From a bacterium (GTDB lineage: Bacteria; Pseudomonadota; Gammaproteobacteria; Arenicellales; Poriferihabitantaceae): 40,366 nucleotides of DNA. The notes under the pieces were generated by a model. It was not told the DNA's origin and made no database searches. It saw nothing but the letters and a program-made list of their open reading frames with translations. Below are positions 38,994-40,366 of this stretch, piece by piece (the stretch's first letter is position 1; each line of letters opens with the position of its first letter). The DNA is taken from the NCBI GenBank assembly GCA_051008875.1, contig JBPCXC010000144.1, positions 1-40,366 of the forward strand, read 5' to 3'. The position numbers and the translations under genes are program-made.

Positions 38994-39481
38994 TATGAAT
39001 TCGCCGCCCGCGCGATCGTGTTGGTCTTCTTGATCTTCTGCTGCAACTGCAGGATTCCGTAGATCAGCGCTTCGGCGGTCGGCGGGCAGCCGGGGACGTA
39101 CACATCCACCGGCACGATGCGGTCACAGCCGCGCACCACCGAGTAGGAGTAGTGGTAGTAGCCGCCGCCGTTGGCGCACGAGCCCATCGAGATGACCCAG
39201 CGCGGCTCGGCCATCTGGTCGTACACGCGGCGCAGCGCCGGCGCCATCTTGTTGGTCAAGGTGCCGGCGACGATCATCACGTCGGACTGGCGCGGGCTCG
39301 GGCGGAACATCACGCCGAAGCGGTCGAGGTCGTAGCGCGACGCGCCGGCCTGCATCATCTCGACCGCGCAGCAGGCGAGGCCGAACGACATCGGCCACAT
39401 CGAGCCGGTGCGCGCCCAGTTGATCAGTTCGTCCAGCCGCGCGGTGGCGAAGCCTTCGCGCAAGGTGCCTTCAAGCGCCAT
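38993..39481 (-). CDS. nuoB: NADH-quinone oxidoreductase subunit B
   Basis: 162 aa. Motifs [55 protein letters not shown]. Confidence 0.9.
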   Translation of the reverse strand: MALEGTLREGFATARLDELINWARTGSMWPMSFGLACCAVEMMQAGASRYDLDRFGVMFRPSPRQSDVMIVAGTLTNKMAPALRRVYDQMAEPRWVISMGSCANGGGYYHYSYSVVRGCDRIVPVDVYVPGCPPTAEALIYGILQLQQKIKKTNTIARAANS

Positions 39482-39485
39482 CGAA

Positions 39486-39842
39486 TCACTCCCACTCGAG
39501 CGCGCCCTTCTTCCATTCGTAGATGAACCCCACCACCAGCACGGCGAGGAAGATCATCATCGCCCAGAAGCCGAACGCGCCGATTTCATCCAGCGCGATC
39601 GCCCACGGGAACAGGAACGCGATCTCGAGATCGAAAATAATGAACAGGATCGCCACCAAGTAGTAGCGAACGTCGAACTTCATGCGCGAATCCTCGAACG
39701 CCTCGAAGCCGCATTCATACGGCGACAACTTGTCGTCATACGGATTGCTCGGCGCCAACGCCTTGCCGGCGGCGATCGCCACCGCGCCGATGCCGAGGCC
39801 GACCGCGATGAACAGCAGGATCGGGAAATAGTCGGTCAGCAT
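39486..39842 (-). CDS. nuoA: NADH-quinone oxidoreductase subunit A
   Basis: 118 aa from [15 protein letters not shown] (ATG at 39840-39842). Motifs [12 protein letters not shown] and [12 protein letters not shown]. The upstream ORF extension is unlikely to be coding. Confidence 0.9.
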   Translation of the reverse strand: MLTDYFPILLFIAVGLGIGAVAIAAGKALAPSNPYDDKLSPYECGFEAFEDSRMKFDVRYYLVAILFIIFDLEIAFLFPWAIALDEIGAFGFWAMMIFLAVLVVGFIYEWKKGALEWE

Positions 39843-39971
39843 GGTCGGCGGTGGTTGGGGATGCGGATTCGGTTTGCGTCGGCTCAAAGCGACTCGCTTA
39901 GCAAGCGGGTGTCGCACGGACGACGACAAACGCCCAGCGCGGACGACGGCTTCGATTCGCGACGTCGGTGG

Positions 39972-40000
39972 ATTCTATTGGCCGCCGCCGCTTGCGTCAA
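39972..40000 (-). promoter_or_regulatory. sigma70-like promoter candidate for the nuo operon
   Basis: The minus strand reads TTGACG (40000-39995), a 17-nt spacer, then TAGAAT (39977-39972), about 130 nt upstream of the nuoA ATG. Confidence 0.5.
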
Positions 40001-40097
40001 GGATTCGGGCGCACCGATTGCGCCGCGCGCCGCGGAAGTGAGCGCGCCCTTCGGACGCGCTACGCTAACGGAATAAACGCGCCGCCACCAGCGGTGC

Positions 40098-40211
40098 CAT
40101 TCCCGCAAAAACCATCCCCCGCCGTCATTCCCGCAGTTTGTTGAGCGGGAATCCATCGCTCGCGGCAGCGAGTGAGGCAGGGCGAAGCCCTGCTGGCTTT
40201 TGATGCGAGCG
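40098..40211 (+). repeat. partial copy of the mosaic repeat (CATTCCCGC hairpin module plus the GAGTGAGGCAG..GCTTTTGATGCG module)
   Basis: 40120-40154 CGCCGTCATTCCCGCAGTTTGTTGAGCGGGAATCC and the following ..GCGAGTGAGGCAGGGCGAAGCCCTGCTGGCTTTTGATGCGAGCG are collinear with 22195-22280. Confidence 0.75.
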
Positions 40212-40314
40212 AAAATCTCTTTTCGCCTTTCAGCATACCCCGCGCTCACCCTTCGCCATCACCAAAAGAAAGCAAGCCGTTGGCTTGCATCACTTGCTTG
40301 CGCAAGTGTGGATT

Positions 40315-40366
40315 GTTCGTATCGTCCCTGATACTCACCCTACGGGCTCGCTTCGCTCGCGAAAAA
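40315..40366 (+). repeat. 5' part of another REP-like unit, cut by the window end
   Basis: GTTCGTATCGTCCCTGATACTCACCCTACGGGCTCGCTTCGCTCGCGAAAAA matches the start of units 3 and 4 at 22005 and 22106. Confidence 0.7.

Overview
This is a 40.4-kb window from a very GC-rich chromosome, probably proteobacterial. My hand counts on single 60-nt lines give 72% GC at 6001-6060. In window order it contains five blocks. (1) A possible amine/amide catabolic cluster: a ferredoxin-like protein, a hydantoinase/oxoprolinase-family protein, a trimethylamine-dehydrogenase-like flavoprotein, a glutamine-synthetase-family ligase and an EamA exporter. (2) Two AT-richer restriction-modification (R-M) islands on either side of the single core gene EamA. 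One is a compact type II cassette (Dam-class MTase + HNH nuclease; 35% GC at 6421-6480) bracketed by a 9-bp direct repeat. The other is a type III res-mod pair (50% GC at 10021-10080). No integrase or transposase is present. (3) A peptide-type ABC importer operon ending in an amidohydrolase. (4) A 650-bp convergent intergenic region filled with a mosaic REP/MITE-like repeat family, which recurs inside the nuo operon and at the right window edge. (5) On the minus strand, a complete nuoA-N (complex I) operon followed 6 nt later by ddl. The nuo operon is the most unusual part. A VOC/glyoxalase-fold gene and a cytochrome b561 gene are wedged between nuoB and nuoC with overlapping or very short junctions. 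A 27-codon fossil copy of the nuoC 5' end sits in front of the cytochrome gene. nuoD and nuoE are separated by a 378-bp repeat-filled spacer. Several conserved proteins also carry in-frame low-complexity codon-repeat insertions. I found no rRNA, tRNA or CRISPR. All calls rest on reading the ORF translations and the DNA by eye; no searches were run.
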